Of a stretch of 64,000 nt of DNA, positions 13,000 to 30,890 are shown in pieces. The DNA comes from Azolla caroliniana. Its lineage: Eukaryota > Plantae > Polypodiophyta. The stretch is from the NCBI GenBank assembly GCA_043228905.1, contig JBHGNT010000015.1, positions 5,394,001 through 5,458,000 of the forward strand. Direction: 5' to 3'. Made by a program: the position numbers and the translations under genes. Position 1 is the stretch's first letter; each line of letters opens with the position of its first letter. The notes below the pieces were generated by a model. That model had not been told where the DNA came from and searched no databases. It saw nothing but the letters and a program-made list of their open reading frames with translations.

Positions 13000-13630
13000 T
13001 TTAGTACAATACACATAATATTACAATATATTGTCACCTTGCACTAGGTAAGGCATGATCACCACATGGCATCCATGATGAGGAGCATACATGTGTCCAA
13101 ACATGTTATAAAATAAGGTCATCTAGTCATTGATGAACCATTCTAGATGAATATTAGTCTTCGGCATTTCCTTGTAAATATTGTCCCTCTTGTTCATAAT
13201 ATAAAATCATTTTCTTCTTCTTTCTTCTTTCTTCTCTCTTAATCATTTTTCCAATTCAATCTAGTTTAGGCTTTATGGCACTAAGGAGTTCGTTAACAAG
13301 CACATGTGCATTCTCTCATAACTCTATTGTCAAGGTTGTATCCAATTACAAGATAGAATGAAAGAAGAAAATGAGGAAATAAAAGAGAAATGAGAGGATA
13401 ATGTAATTATATTAACAAAAACAAGATTATAAGAATATGCCAAAGAATAATGTTGAATCGAAATGATTCATCAATTACTAAGGTATCTTCTTATATGCAT
13501 TGTTGGACCCATGCATCCATGCATAAACGCCACTTGGAAGTTGGCATTCATATAAGCATGCCATTTGGTGATCACATGTTATGTTGTATGAGGTGGTGTT
13601 ATCTCATAATATTATAGCATAGGCTAGATT
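13000..13630. mobile_element. Degenerate foldback/MITE-like long inverted repeat
   Basis: TGATCACCACATGGCAT...GTCATTGATGAACCATT...TCTTCGGCAT (13055-13260) is the imperfect reverse complement of ATGCCAAAGA...AATGATTCATCAATTAC...ATGCCATTTGGTGATCA (13350-13575). Confidence 0.6.
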
Positions 13631-14499
13631 ATCTATGATAAGTTGTAATACTATCTGAGTCTATATCTAAGATGATAATCTTTTGATTAAAGCTTAGATA
13701 TAATCATATATGTAATGAAGGTTAGAGGTTCAAATGCATCTATGACATCATGGTATGACTTATATTTAAATGTATTTTGTATAGATGCTTGTGGTATTAT
13801 TCCCTTCCCAATGCATTATTCCCTTCCCTAAGGATCTTGATGATTAAATTCAACAACAAACATTACAATTCTGTATACATTATGACAACATGTTGGTTAA
13901 AGCTTAGATATATGTAATAAGGGCAAATAAATGTTTGAATCTTTCTATGGCATGATGATCATGATATTATATCTAAGTTCTTTTTGTATCGATTGCTTAT
14001 TACACTATCCCTTTCCTTCGATGATGAGTTCCATGAATCATAATGCCCGAACTAAGACTTGGTTTACTAGGATATCTGCAAGCAAGCAGGGAAAGTGCAA
14101 ATATGCCTAGTACTTAGCCTTCAACCACTACCAACCTCACAAGAATGTCATCAATTCGCAAGGTGAACCGCACATCCGGATATATGTCTAGGACTGAGGG
14201 CTCATATTACTTGATTCATCATCCACACTTTTAACAAATATAGGAAACCACAACATAAGGCTAAAGACGGCAATCTAAGCTAGGATATGGAGACACATAT
14301 GATGAAATTCAACTACAACGTCGAGTTTGATTTTCAATATGCTCTCAAGTTTGATCACTAGGTGTATAATATAATGCGGCACTAGTGAGATTTTCAATAG
14401 GTTCTCAAGTTTGACCTCTAGGTGTATAATCTAACAAGTCTACCAAGTATAATATACTTTGTTGCACACAACATTTGAGTCCAAAATGGTTTTCACTTC

Positions 14500-15960
14500 G
14501 TATTCTTGACCATTAACAACTCAATTAGAGGTGGAGGAGAAATAACATGATATGGAATGGAGCTTGAAGCATAAGGATGGTGGTGTAAGGAAGATTGTAT
14601 GAAGACACGTATAGGGGAGGAGATCAAGATGAAACACAACTTTATCAAATTGGTCAATGATAACATATGGACCAAGGCATTGATAATCCAACTGGTTGCA
14701 TGATTGAGTGTTCTTTATGTTAATTTTTAAGAGTTATACACAATACCATACTTAAAAACTTAGGTCCTTAAAAGTAACGATGATTAGTGAACTTCGTATG
14801 TGTGCCTTGAGCAATATCTTAATTGAGAGAGAGAGAGAGAGAGCAATCTGAACCTCTTGGATTTGAAGTAGATGATTTTCAATAATGGAATTAGTTTTGT
14901 AGATATTTGAATGTTCAAGCATTGTCCAACGAGGATGATTAGAAGGTGGGGGATCAATAATGAATTATAAAGTGGTTGTTTTCCATGGACTATCTGAAAC
15001 TAGGATGGGTTGCAGTAAATCATATGGTTAATGTCGAGGAGTTATTGACTAACAACATGCATCACAACAACGAATGTAGTCCTCAACAAAGATACAAAGT
15101 TACGACCACAAATATCTTTAAGAAACTAAATCCAAAGTCTTTATAGTCTCAAAAATGTCCAGCCATTGACAAGTCATATGAGTGTTGTGTGATTTGGAGT
15201 TGAGAAAGACCATCATAAACATATAGTAAACTTTTGTGAGAAAGAAAATTCAAGCCAACTAAATTGATTATAGTATTTATAAGAACACTTCCACCTTGAA
15301 CAAGAAACACAATCATACATAAAATGATTAAAGTTGTATCGTATGAAATAATCTACAATAAGATCATTACAACTTGAGTAAAAAATAATTGAATTTGTTG
15401 ATGCTCTTACATCAACAGTAGTTACCATCAACCATATGCAATTAGGACCTAATAGGACATGCTTTTGATGGTCAAACGTTAACTCTTCTTGACACAATGC
15501 CAAATATGAATGTCAAGATAAAGCGTACGCCCTTCCTTGTTTGCTTCCTTGGCAATACCATGGTCATAAAATTGAAATGTGTAAGAAATTGTGCCCAACA
15601 AGTTTGTCCTCGACGCAAGACTCAAACATTTTGGAAATATGTTAGGTCCTTGCCCAAAGAATTGGTGCCAATACTTATAAGAGTTCATGATAGCCAAAAG
15701 CTCGTTGTTGTATTCATAATTAATTTCCATAACTTCAAATTTCCATGAATGGAAAGTGAGTGAATATGCCTATTGTATTTGGTTTGTGATGTGACACTTT
15801 CGAGTGCAAAATTAGATGCATCACCTTATAGAATAGGGGCTTGCCTAGGTCAACATGGATCAATATAGGGACAAATGTAAATGCACGTTTTAAGCAGCCT
15901 TTCAAATGCCACAACTTAGACAAGTAATTATTCACTCCCCATTTTATTTGCATTCTTGAA
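14500..15960 (-). mobile_element. Degraded Ty3/gypsy pol remnant (RT end, RNase H, integrase)
   Basis: LKRAFTFVPILIHVDLGKP and EINYEYNNELLAIMNSYKYWHQF resemble LK.AFTSAPIL.H.D..KP and E.NY.IYDKELLAI..AF..WRHY. Multiple frameshifts. Confidence 0.65.
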
Positions 15961-16522
15961 ATTTAGAAGGTCCACTCCGACCCTCCCACGAAGGTTTGAG
16001 CAATAAAGGTTGGCTCTCCTTGTGTATATACAATTCCCCCTCCCCCTATCCACGAAGGTCGACTCCACCTTTCCATGCGAACTTGTGAAGGTAAGCTGCA
16101 CCCTCCCACAAAAGGTTCGAGCAACCCAAAGTAGGCAACATTTTAGTTTGTTTTCAGGCCTTTATTTTTAACTTTGACATAGATGATATGCATGCACATA
16201 ATGATATAATAGCATATAATGAATTGTATTTCAATCATAGCATGCATTCTTCAATCTTGGAAGGTTGACTCTACCCTTCCCAACAAACTTGTGAAGGTTG
16301 ATTTCACCCCCCCCCCCCCCCAAACATGTAAATGTTGGTGTGATAATAATAATTAACATTAAGCAATATTAAGAAGGAAGAGGTAGAGGTCTTCACCTCT
16401 TTTGGAGAGAGAATAAAGTGGAGATATGCTCCACCAAGATGGTTTTTTCCGCTCCCCATCTTGGAACAACCCTACATGAGGGCTTTTGATACTCAACATG
16501 TTGGTTGATGTGGGTATGAGGG

Positions 16523-17977
16523 TGTCACGGACACACCAACCATGAACTACAACGGAGCATGGATGACCAAGCTACGACCAATAAGTGGTACCGGAAGTGA
16601 TGAGGCTAGGAACTCTAGAAGTTGTGAGCGATAAGACTATCAACATAGGAAGCTACGATTAACTGGAGAGCACGAAGACAAATATGAAGAGCAAGGAGAC
16701 AATATGGCATGAAATGAGAATACTAGATTGATGTGTCAATGTTTAGTTTTGAATCCCTTGAAAGGGACCAACGAGGTTACAAGTATTTATATTGTGAGCT
16801 GAAGAACATGCATTAGAATATTTTGGAGAATATTGTAGAACCCAAACCTTCTAGTTCTAGAACTTTCTAGATGTATGTGACTAAAGAGTATTTCTAGATC
16901 AAGTACATTCTATATAAGTAAATGCTCATATTGAAATGGTTGAGCATGATATCTTCTTGAGTAAGGTTCTAGGTTTAATCCTCATGAACTATGTATTTTA
17001 TGTCATTGTGTCGTGACATTATCCTCCCCTTTACGACTGCCTTTTCGAAAGCGTGGTGTTGGGGTGAGCAAGAATTGGAGCAATGACGGGCGTGAGCAAC
17101 CATGTGTAGTCCTCACCGGAGACACGAACACCAACGGACGTGAGCGACCATGTTCGGTCCTCATCGGGAATGGGAACACCGACGGACGTGAGCGACCATG
17201 TGCGGTCCTCACCGGAGACTGGAACACCGGCGAGCGTGAGCGACCATGTGCGGTCCTCACCGGAGACTTGAACACAGGCAGGTGTGAGTGACCATGTGCG
17301 GTCCTCACCGGTTTGTATACAATCTAGATATGAATGGACACGCGTAAGATTAAAACATAAAGGTGCAAAAGGCAAATACACAAGATAAAACAACAAAGAC
17401 TTATATTACTCGCCCTTAATCCATACAATTCGGACCTCTTATATGGGCATCCGGTTCTGATACAAAAAGGCATTTATCCAGATTGGTACATATTTCCATA
17501 TCCGGCACCTCGTAAAATCCATTCTTAATCTATTTCATTAAAACATTTACTAATTACTTTTGATCTATAATGCTATTCGGTTCCTATTTAATTCAGTTCA
17601 CACTTCATCTTGACTCCGACTCTCCGCCCTTTCATTCCTCTGACTTCGGTTACAGCCCTATTGGAAAATAATAGTACATTTTAGAATTAGAATATTCTAG
17701 AAATATTGTACGATATATTCTACACGGGTATATTCAAGAGATATTCAATCTCATAACTTGTATAAATACTTGTAACCTCCTTGGTCCCTTTCAAGGGATT
17801 CAACACCTAGTCCAGTCATTGACACGTCAATCTAGTATTCTCATTTCGTCCTATCTTGTCTCTTTGATTTTTATCTCTATCTTCATGCTCTTGTGTCGTT
17901 CCCAGCTTCTTAAGTTCCATGCTCTTAGCCCCATCATCCATGCTTCGTCCGAGTCCGCGGTTGGTGTGTCCATGATA
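16523..17977. mobile_element. LTR-derived element with inverted LTR ends, flanked by 5-bp direct repeat GAGGG
   Basis: Full LTR TGTCACG...CGTGACA at 16523-17018, with a minus-strand PPT (AAGGGGAGGATAA, 17019-17031). A diverged partial LTR in the opposite orientation lies at ~17700-17977. GAGGG at 16518-16522 and 17978-17982. Confidence 0.75.
17085..17311. repeat. GC-rich 48-bp minisatellite x~4.7 next to the PPT
   Basis: Unit GACGGACGTGAGCGACCATGTGCGGTCCTCACCGGAGACTGGAACACC, which gives 16-aa periodicity in several ORF frames. Confidence 0.9.
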
Positions 17978-20900
17978 GAGGGCTATAATCTACTGTATGA
18001 ATTCATTGTAGCCTTTGGGCATCTTTCCATTAATACCAAGGTGAATCTTCAAAAAAAAATTTAAGAATAAGAAATAAGAGGCACACGTGTATGAAGCTAG
18101 AGATTTGCCACACTATCTTAGTCTCTATCCAATATCTTACAAGTTGTTTGCTACTAGCACCAATCATTTTAGCATTCAATTACCATTATCTTAACTAATA
18201 TGGTTTATATGACCAACTTATTTCACACATTCACTATTTTATAATCATTCATTTGATTTCCGTAAAAGACACTATGCGAAGATTGGTGTTATTATTGACA
18301 AAGTAGTTGTCTTCTCAATTGCTCATACACGAGCTTCAGTTCAAATTTCACTCTTCTTTAGGAAGTAAATAATCATTTACAAATAATCTAAGTGGGTTGT
18401 TTAAAAACTTTGATTAACTAAAATTATGCTCTAGATAAAACGTTGCAACATGCATTTAGCCTCTTCATTCTTTATCCATAGTGGTAAACGATATTAAAAT
18501 TGTAGACATTGTGAGAATGATGTGTAGCAAGTGAGAAGGATTGTTGTAATGATGCCATTGGTGATTAAAATTAGAGAAACAAGGTCACTAGCAATAGAAA
18601 AGACGAGCATGAGGAGTGTCCCTCTACGAGGAAATAGACATTACACAATAAGTATAGAACCTTGTATGGGTATTTGTACATTCTACTATAGAAATTTCAT
18701 GCAACACACACTTGGTTAGTCATTACACTTTATCACTATCCACAACGACAATGCGGTGCCAAAGTTATGCCCTTTATGAAAAGAGTTTGTAACAAGAGAC
18801 AATGAGTGTAACATCACCATGAGTAATTTGAGTTAAAAATAAATACATAAGGCATTGTAAATTATTGATAGGGGAAGAAGTGTGCTCGTTTTTTATTTAC
18901 AAGTGAAAGGAAGAAGAGGTTGAGAAGAAAACAAAGGGAAAAAAACTATTTGCAATTGTTGCTATAATAATCAATAATTATTGTTTCTCCTTTTTTTCCA
19001 AAAAAAAAAATCTCCCTCAATTAGTTATAAAATATTACAATTGTGAATGTTATATATAAACCCCAAAAGGGACTCAATAGTTCCATCTTATATGGAGGCC
19101 CACTGATTCAAGAAAGGGAGAGGAAAACCATTGATAGATGAAGGTTAATCGTTGTCTTTCAGCTCCACCAGATCCACCCATGATGCCATCATATTGGTTG
19201 TTTAGCATGGCTACAACTTCACTCCATATCTCTTGCAAAACGTCAACTGGTGCACAATTTGATTTGAGAAGACCCACCTACAACGTTGTTTCTAGAGAGT
19301 CCTTAGTGTTATTAGGCTAACCAGTTCCAGAATTACGTGATCTTTGGCATTAATGATGGTGGAAAACGTGTTCTATTGTGCCTTTATCACCAACGTCATT
19401 CCCTCCTCTCAATGTTCGTATTTGTCGCACAAAAGATCTCTTGAGGCTTGCATAATTGCAATAGTCCCCCCCCCCCCCCCCCATATTTGATGAGTCTCTA
19501 GGTAGTCCCACAATGCTTGTTAGATTGATTCTATTTCATTGGGGCACGTTGCACAATTAGGAGAGTAAAGGATCTCACGTTGCCACACTCCAATCGGCAA
19601 TGTTCTATATATTAATAACTATTGAAATGTGGTAATTTATGTATTTTGTTGTTGTTTCCATCATTGCAATTGGTTTTGTGTTGGTTTGAGCAAGTAGGAT
19701 GTGGTGACCCAATTTGGTCATAGATTGGAAGAAAGGGATTGCTTTGCTTCCTTATCCCACATAAGGATCACTTCACATCCATTGCAAAGGGTTCCAATTG
19801 ACCTTACATAGCCATGTGTTTTCATGAACATATATGTTCCATTTTGGATGTACTTTGATTAGGTCAGAATCTACAAACCACTTACTACCTGTATACGTGA
19901 GCATTCAAATCGCCGTGTTCACTATTGTTGGTTCCTGATTGCCTCGTAACTCGTCGCCTCGGATCCTACCCGGTGTTTCCCTACCTCTTGGAATCAAGGA
20001 AGCTCCTCCTCGTTGCCTATCCACTTCTCCATTACAAATCAAGTATTGTTTCTCTTTTGAGCAACCAATTATTACTGCAATTTTTTGGGGGGGTTAGTAA
20101 CATGCAATGATAATCAAATGGATTACTACACTTTGAAGTTAGCTCACGATTATGAATATTATAGGTCTAAATATAGCATTTATTTATATAGTTTACTATG
20201 ATTAAATATTTTGTGCATTCATCTTCCTGCTAGAATGTTGTTGTCACCAAGAAATGGTCTAGTAGAAAGTGGATGGAAAAATATTTCATGTATCTAAAAC
20301 ATTGAACATCAAAGCAATGATGTGATGGACAAGGAAGTGCCATGGCAACAACTAGAGGAGTGTGAACGAGCTGAATTAGTTTCATCCATTGACAAAAGGT
20401 GTTTGTGTCAAAGTTGAAAAACAAGGAAACTTCTAAATAGTCACGAAGAAAATGGCTTGTACTTTCCTGTATTTGTAACTTTCTTTACGAGTTAGTCAAC
20501 AAGTAGAGATTACAACTTGCAAATACCATAACCCCTTTTCCTATTCATCATTCCTTAATCTTTGTAATATCTCACATTGTTTAGATCTATAATTTGTTGT
20601 TTTCATGAGGAGCATGACTTTAACAATGCATGTATAGGTAAGGTGATTTACCCAATTTCACCTAGAAACATATACACAAAGTAGGAGTTTCAAAAGTTTG
20701 ATGCGAAAGTTTTGAGTCTCAATCTAACTCAAAGTTCTAAATTTGATGCAGAACAAGTGGATAGATATCATGGATCAAACAAATGATGAGTAGAAGAACA
20801 AGATACCAAGGAGAATAATAAGCTAAGATTTCTTAACCACATTGACCACCCCAAAGCGAAGATGTAAGACAAACATAAATATATATTTGGTCTCCCATAT

Positions 20901-21409
20901 CACCCAATATTACCTTATAGACCTTGAATGTTGAATAACGGATCCAAAGAAGAGAGCTTAGCCCCTCTAATAGAGTCTCGACAACATCTCAATATGTCAT
21001 AATGAAGGGGTAGGTAGTCCTCATTATGTAGCTTAATAACTAAGGGTTCTAGATTACCAAATGTTCTCACATGTCAAATGTCCAAATGGTTTTGTCCTAC
21101 TGTTAGGATAACTAGTTTCATGACTATCCCACCGTAACTTATTAAAATTAGTTATAGAATTTATTCATAATGTTATGCCTACATGCTACAACAATAGATA
21201 AAAAGGCCCTTGTCACACACTCTGAAAAAGAAGATAAGACAAAACAAAACCCCATGTTCTGTTCATGCTCCTTAGGATGCTGGGATCAATTCACCACATC
21301 CAACAAGAGAAGCTACATCAAAGCGAGGCTACGAAATTTCCGTGGAGCATGATGTATTGATCTCTGTAAGGTGAGTTCATTTATTTATCTTGAGAGCCTA
21401 CGTGGTTGA

Positions 21410-21855
21410 AACAAAAGGGGTATTTTGGGAATTAAAGAAAAAAGCAGCAACAAGCTTCATGTTAACTACAACACAAGGGGTATTCTAGGAACTATGGAAA
21501 AAAGCAGCAGCTAGCATTATGTTAATTACCACATGAGGGGTATTTTGGGAATTATGGGAAAAACGCAGCAAGTTAGCATTATGTTAATTACCACAAGAGG
21601 GGTATTCTTGGAATTATGGAAAGTTAGCAACATTATGTTAAATTACACACGAGGGGTAGTCTGGGAAATATGGAAAAAAGCAGCAGCTAGCATTATGTTA
21701 ATTACCACACGAGGGGTATTCTGGGAATTATGAAAAATGCAGCAAGCTGGTATAATGTTAATTACCACACGAGGGGTATTCTGGGAATTATGGAAAGTTA
21801 GCAGCATTATGTTAAATTACACACGACTCAAGAGGGGCATTTTGGGAATTACCAG
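21410..21855. repeat. ~57-60-bp minisatellite x~7-8 directly upstream of succinyl-CoA ligase alpha
   Basis: Unit GAGGGGTATTYTGGGAATTATGGAAAAAAGCAGCAGCTAGCATTATGTTAATTACCACAC. Confidence 0.9.
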
Positions 21856-22031
21856 AAAAAACAGTACTGTGTTAATTACCTAATAAAATAGACGAAGGAA
21901 TACTTCATTCCTTTCCTTCCTCTTCGCGAACTGTCTGTCGATCTGCCCTAATCGATCTCTGTCATTTGTCTGAGGAAAAGAAGAATCGATCGATCGATCC
22001 ATCCGTGCTTCCATCCTACGGGGAAGGAATC

Positions 22032-27071
<5,040 letters not shown>

Positions 27072-27949
27072 AGTTCTGGTTCCTGATAAAAGTGACATTA
27101 TAACTTTTTGTTGAGGTCTTTGACCTAAATATAAGTTGTTCAATACAGTTATAGATGCTCTCATATAAGGGCTGCAACTGTAATTGGCAATAATCATGAT
27201 GGCTGGGTGATATATGCATATATCAGGATGTATATGGCCTGCATTTTTCTCTTACAAATACTGATCACATGCACAATGGCAGATGAATTAAACAAAAGAT
27301 GTAGGACTTCGATTTCTATGCAGCAGATGCTGCCTTCTTGATGTTTTATTGAATGGTCTCATTTTTCAAGCTGGAATGTTTGATAAGTACTCATGTTTAA
27401 GTACTCATGTTAGACACGTGCATGTATGTGTGTGTTTGAGAGAGACCGCGATGAGCCAACATGACCGGCGAAACCAATAATTGTTACTAAGCACACTACC
27501 CAGCTGTATAAGTGTAGACTTTAAATATGGTAGAAGAAGGAAAAACTAAACTAAATCTGTATTAAAAACCTATGCTTGTTTCCAAAGTAACGAGTTGATG
27601 CAATATAGGTCGATTCTCTTTTTATGCTTCATATTCAGCCAACACTTGGTTTTGATTTTTAATGAGTGGCATGTGTGTGCATTAGTGATGGCATGTCTTG
27701 CCATCGTGGCATGGGTGTTCAAAGAAAATGAAACAAATGAGGTATGTCTCTCTCATTGCGACATCACTTGGTTTGGTGATACTCCAAAAACTCTTTGACA
27801 ATAACCATCGTGGGCTTATACAACACTTATCGATGTAAGGTACTACATTTACATGATTGCCCTATTTTGATCAGGTATAGATAGGTCAAATGTTCTAGAA
27901 TGATATGGGGGAGGTGCCAATATATTAACATTCAAAGTGTGCCAATATG

Positions 27950-28400
27950 GGATCAACATCATTGTCTCTCGTTGTGGGGATTTTAAAGTTGTAGAACGAA
28001 AAGGTGTAAAAGCTTAAATGAAAACCTAAGCTAGTTGTTGACTTTTGCCTTTTTAATTACTCTAGGAATTCTTGAAAACATGCCTAATATCCTAGAGTGA
28101 CTTGATTTTGAAGCAACTTATAGGTCACATATTCCTTTTTTCCAAATACTAGCCAATCTTCAAATCCTATTCTTTATACATGTGAGGGTGTGCACAACAA
28201 AATGTCTCAATTAGTTGGGAATAGGTGTTTGAATGTGAGATTGGCCATTGGCCAACAATCCTCGATGATTTTCCAATTAGAGAGCATTTAATGTGATTGC
28301 AAGTGGGATGAAGTAAACTTGCTTGCTTTTGTAGGTTTATGTGGTAATCATCGAGTTTTCCATATGGCCTTAGAGATGGCACACCACTTAGTTGGGCTTC
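27950..28400 (-). mobile_element. Possible very old Ty3/gypsy protease-RT junction remnant
   Basis: LRPYGKLDDYHINLQKQAS weakly resembles LPPHR..D..I.L..GA. No intact frame. Confidence 0.3.
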
Positions 28401-28573
28401 TTCTAAGAAATGAATTGTGCTCTTAATCCCTTAATGGCATCATATACAATTTCATATGTATTTTACATTTCATTTCATAAGTTTGAAACATTATCTTTCA
28501 GACCCTCAATTCCTGTAACGAGAAGAGGAGGCAAGAGTGGTTGTAATGCAGCGGAAGATGAGTGTGTGTGTGT

Positions 28574-28616
<43 letters not shown>

Positions 28617-30600
28617 GAGCTCTGAGGACTGAGGTAGACAAACTGTATATTGCAAAGATACATCAATGCGTAAAACATCCAACAACAACTAAGTTACAAT
28701 GCGTTGGATTATATACCAATTCCAACAATTCCATATAGTAGAGTTTCCACCACGCATTCCTCCAATATCCTATCTCTGGACTTTGCTCTATATGGCACAC
28801 GTTTTGAAATTTGCAGTTTCGGGCTCCAATGATTTCCATTCTCCTGGTTATGTCAATTTCGAGTTATTTCAAATTGTGAGCCACTTCGATTTCCTTTGTC
28901 TTCATAGAACGTTACCTCATTACTTTCAAAATTTGAGAGTGTCTCTACCATGGCTTTAGTAAAATATATCTCTAGTCCATGATAGAGATAAGAAGCATAG
29001 AAAAGTAAAATCTGAGAAGTAGTGTGTGTATTTGAGAAAGAAGCATAGAGAAGTAAATATGAGAAGTAGTATTCGAGAATAAGAAGCCTAGTTTTGTAAT
29101 TCTTTGCTCCTCCAAAACCTTTGCTTCCTCTCCTTTCTCTGTTCTGTTCTCCGGCGATTCTACCCCTGTCTACAGACGCTTCTCCTTCCTGTCTGTCTGT
29201 CTATCTGATGAATACGAGTCTCAGGTAAAAGCTTTAAACATCCTCACCTATGCCCCCTCCTTTTCCTCACTTTTTTTTCTTCATTCATTCTTTGCTTCCA
29301 CCACCGAGAAATCTCGGATTCTGTGTTAACGCTGAACCCTAAACAACGAAAACTTTATGTAGGAAAACTGGTGAACGCATTTTGGCCATATTTTTAATCT
29401 GCAAAACACTTCCTGACATGTTATTTGATCTGTTGTTTACCAATCTGGTAAAAAATAGGCAAACGAAAAGAAACGATTGATAATGGGAAAATAAATGATG
29501 AATGATACTAAAACGTATAACTCAATAGGAGTAGATAACGAGACTGTGAAGTAAGATTGTAATTGATTGTTAGGATGTGGCGAGAGAATCAAATGCATTC
29601 CTATAGTCATATACATACGGAGATATGAGAATGCATATTTCGCAAGTCCTTAGGAGGATTTATCCAAATAGGTGTATGTGCTGGTGCAAAAGAGCCCCTT
29701 TGATTTTATTCCAGAGGCTTGAGTGGATGTCCAACATCCGATGTTCTTGTATAATGGTTATAGGAACATTATCTCTCGTTGGTAGAAACATGATCATGTA
29801 GTTGATACACACACGTGTGTGTGTATATATATATATATATATATTAAGTATGTAAATACATACATACATACATACATATATATCTGGATGCTCTTATCAG
29901 TGATACAGCTTTCTATTTGTAATTGAAAGTGGCAACCTTCGTTATTACAAATGTGTTGTATGTGCACCCTAAATTTGATGAGAACATCTGCATGGATTGT
30001 TTAATGCCTCCCTAATCCTTATGAGACTCGGGATGATTAAACTATGGGGCCGAGTCTCTTCTAGGTATGAATAGATGCTTCTTTATGAGTTTCTTCATCT
30101 GTGTTGGTTTGCACAATGTTATGAATTGCTTACCAAGGTTTGTTTGTACCAATTATCTGAGACTGGAGCCTCTCCAGGAATGTCTTGTGCAGTGAAAGCA
30201 AGTTTTCCTATTATCTGAGGACATGTCATGTTCTACATCTCCTTAGTATGCAGTGCTTAAATATTGTGATAGTCTAGCAGCGCGTGGACTAATTTTACCC
30301 AAAAGTTTAATTCTTCAAATACTTATGGTGCTTTAAAATTCTAATGAAATCTTACAACCATCCATCTGCAACTTAAAAAAGGCTGTTTAGAAAAGCTTTG
30401 GCATTTTAGAAAGCCTGAGAAGAATGTGATCAGATAAACATACAGATTTAATGAAAGACAAGACACCAAGGCATCAACTATGGTTTTCACAGGTCTTTTC
30501 TGTGTAGGTGCTTATGTCTGCCACAGAACACATTTTTCTTCGCCCCTTGTTAGATCTGACAAGGATCTTGCTCTCTTGAAACGTGCACAATACATTGAAG

Positions 30601-30890
30601 ATGGTGAATGCAATCAAAGGTTGCTTGATAGAATGGTAAGAACAGATTCAATAGTGAAGGTAGTCTATGAAGGCAAGGGTCACTCTCTGATTATGTTTGT
30701 TGCAAATCACAGTGATATTCCCATGGCCCAATTCATTATCAACTTCAACAATTCCATGCCAAATGCACACAAGTTTATCATTCATATCCTTGACGATACT
30801 CATCTCTTTGTTCAAGAGAATGTTGTAGAAATGATCCGCAAGAAGGTCCAGGATTTCCGCGACCAAAACACTTTTGAGAAGCCTACCTAA
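30601..30890 (+). CDS. TFB5: TFIIH subunit 5 (TFB5/TTD-A/p8), 2 coding exons, 70 aa
   Basis: Exons 30601-30635 (TG|gtaag) and 30713-30890 give MVNAIKGCLIECDIPMAQFIINFNNSMPNAHKFIIHILDDTHLFVQENVVEMIRKKVQDFRDQNTFEKPT. Probable 5'UTR exon ending 29224. Confidence 0.95.

Noticed and set aside
15965-16320. Recurrent GAAGGTYGACTCYACCYTYCC motif
   Set aside because: A short degenerate repeat beside the gypsy relic; no boundaries or function can be supported.
17085-17311. CRISPR-like appearance of the 48-bp (and 21410-21855 60-bp) arrays
   Set aside because: Units are contiguous with no unique spacers, there are no cas genes, and the context is eukaryotic.
18290-20000. Possible Copia relics (IYFLKKSE, WFVDS-like words on the minus strand)
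   Set aside because: Too degenerate to delimit or call with confidence.
30480-30890. 136-aa ORF as the real protein
   Set aside because: It reads through an intron. The spliced 70-aa TFB5 from ATG 30601 fits the family.
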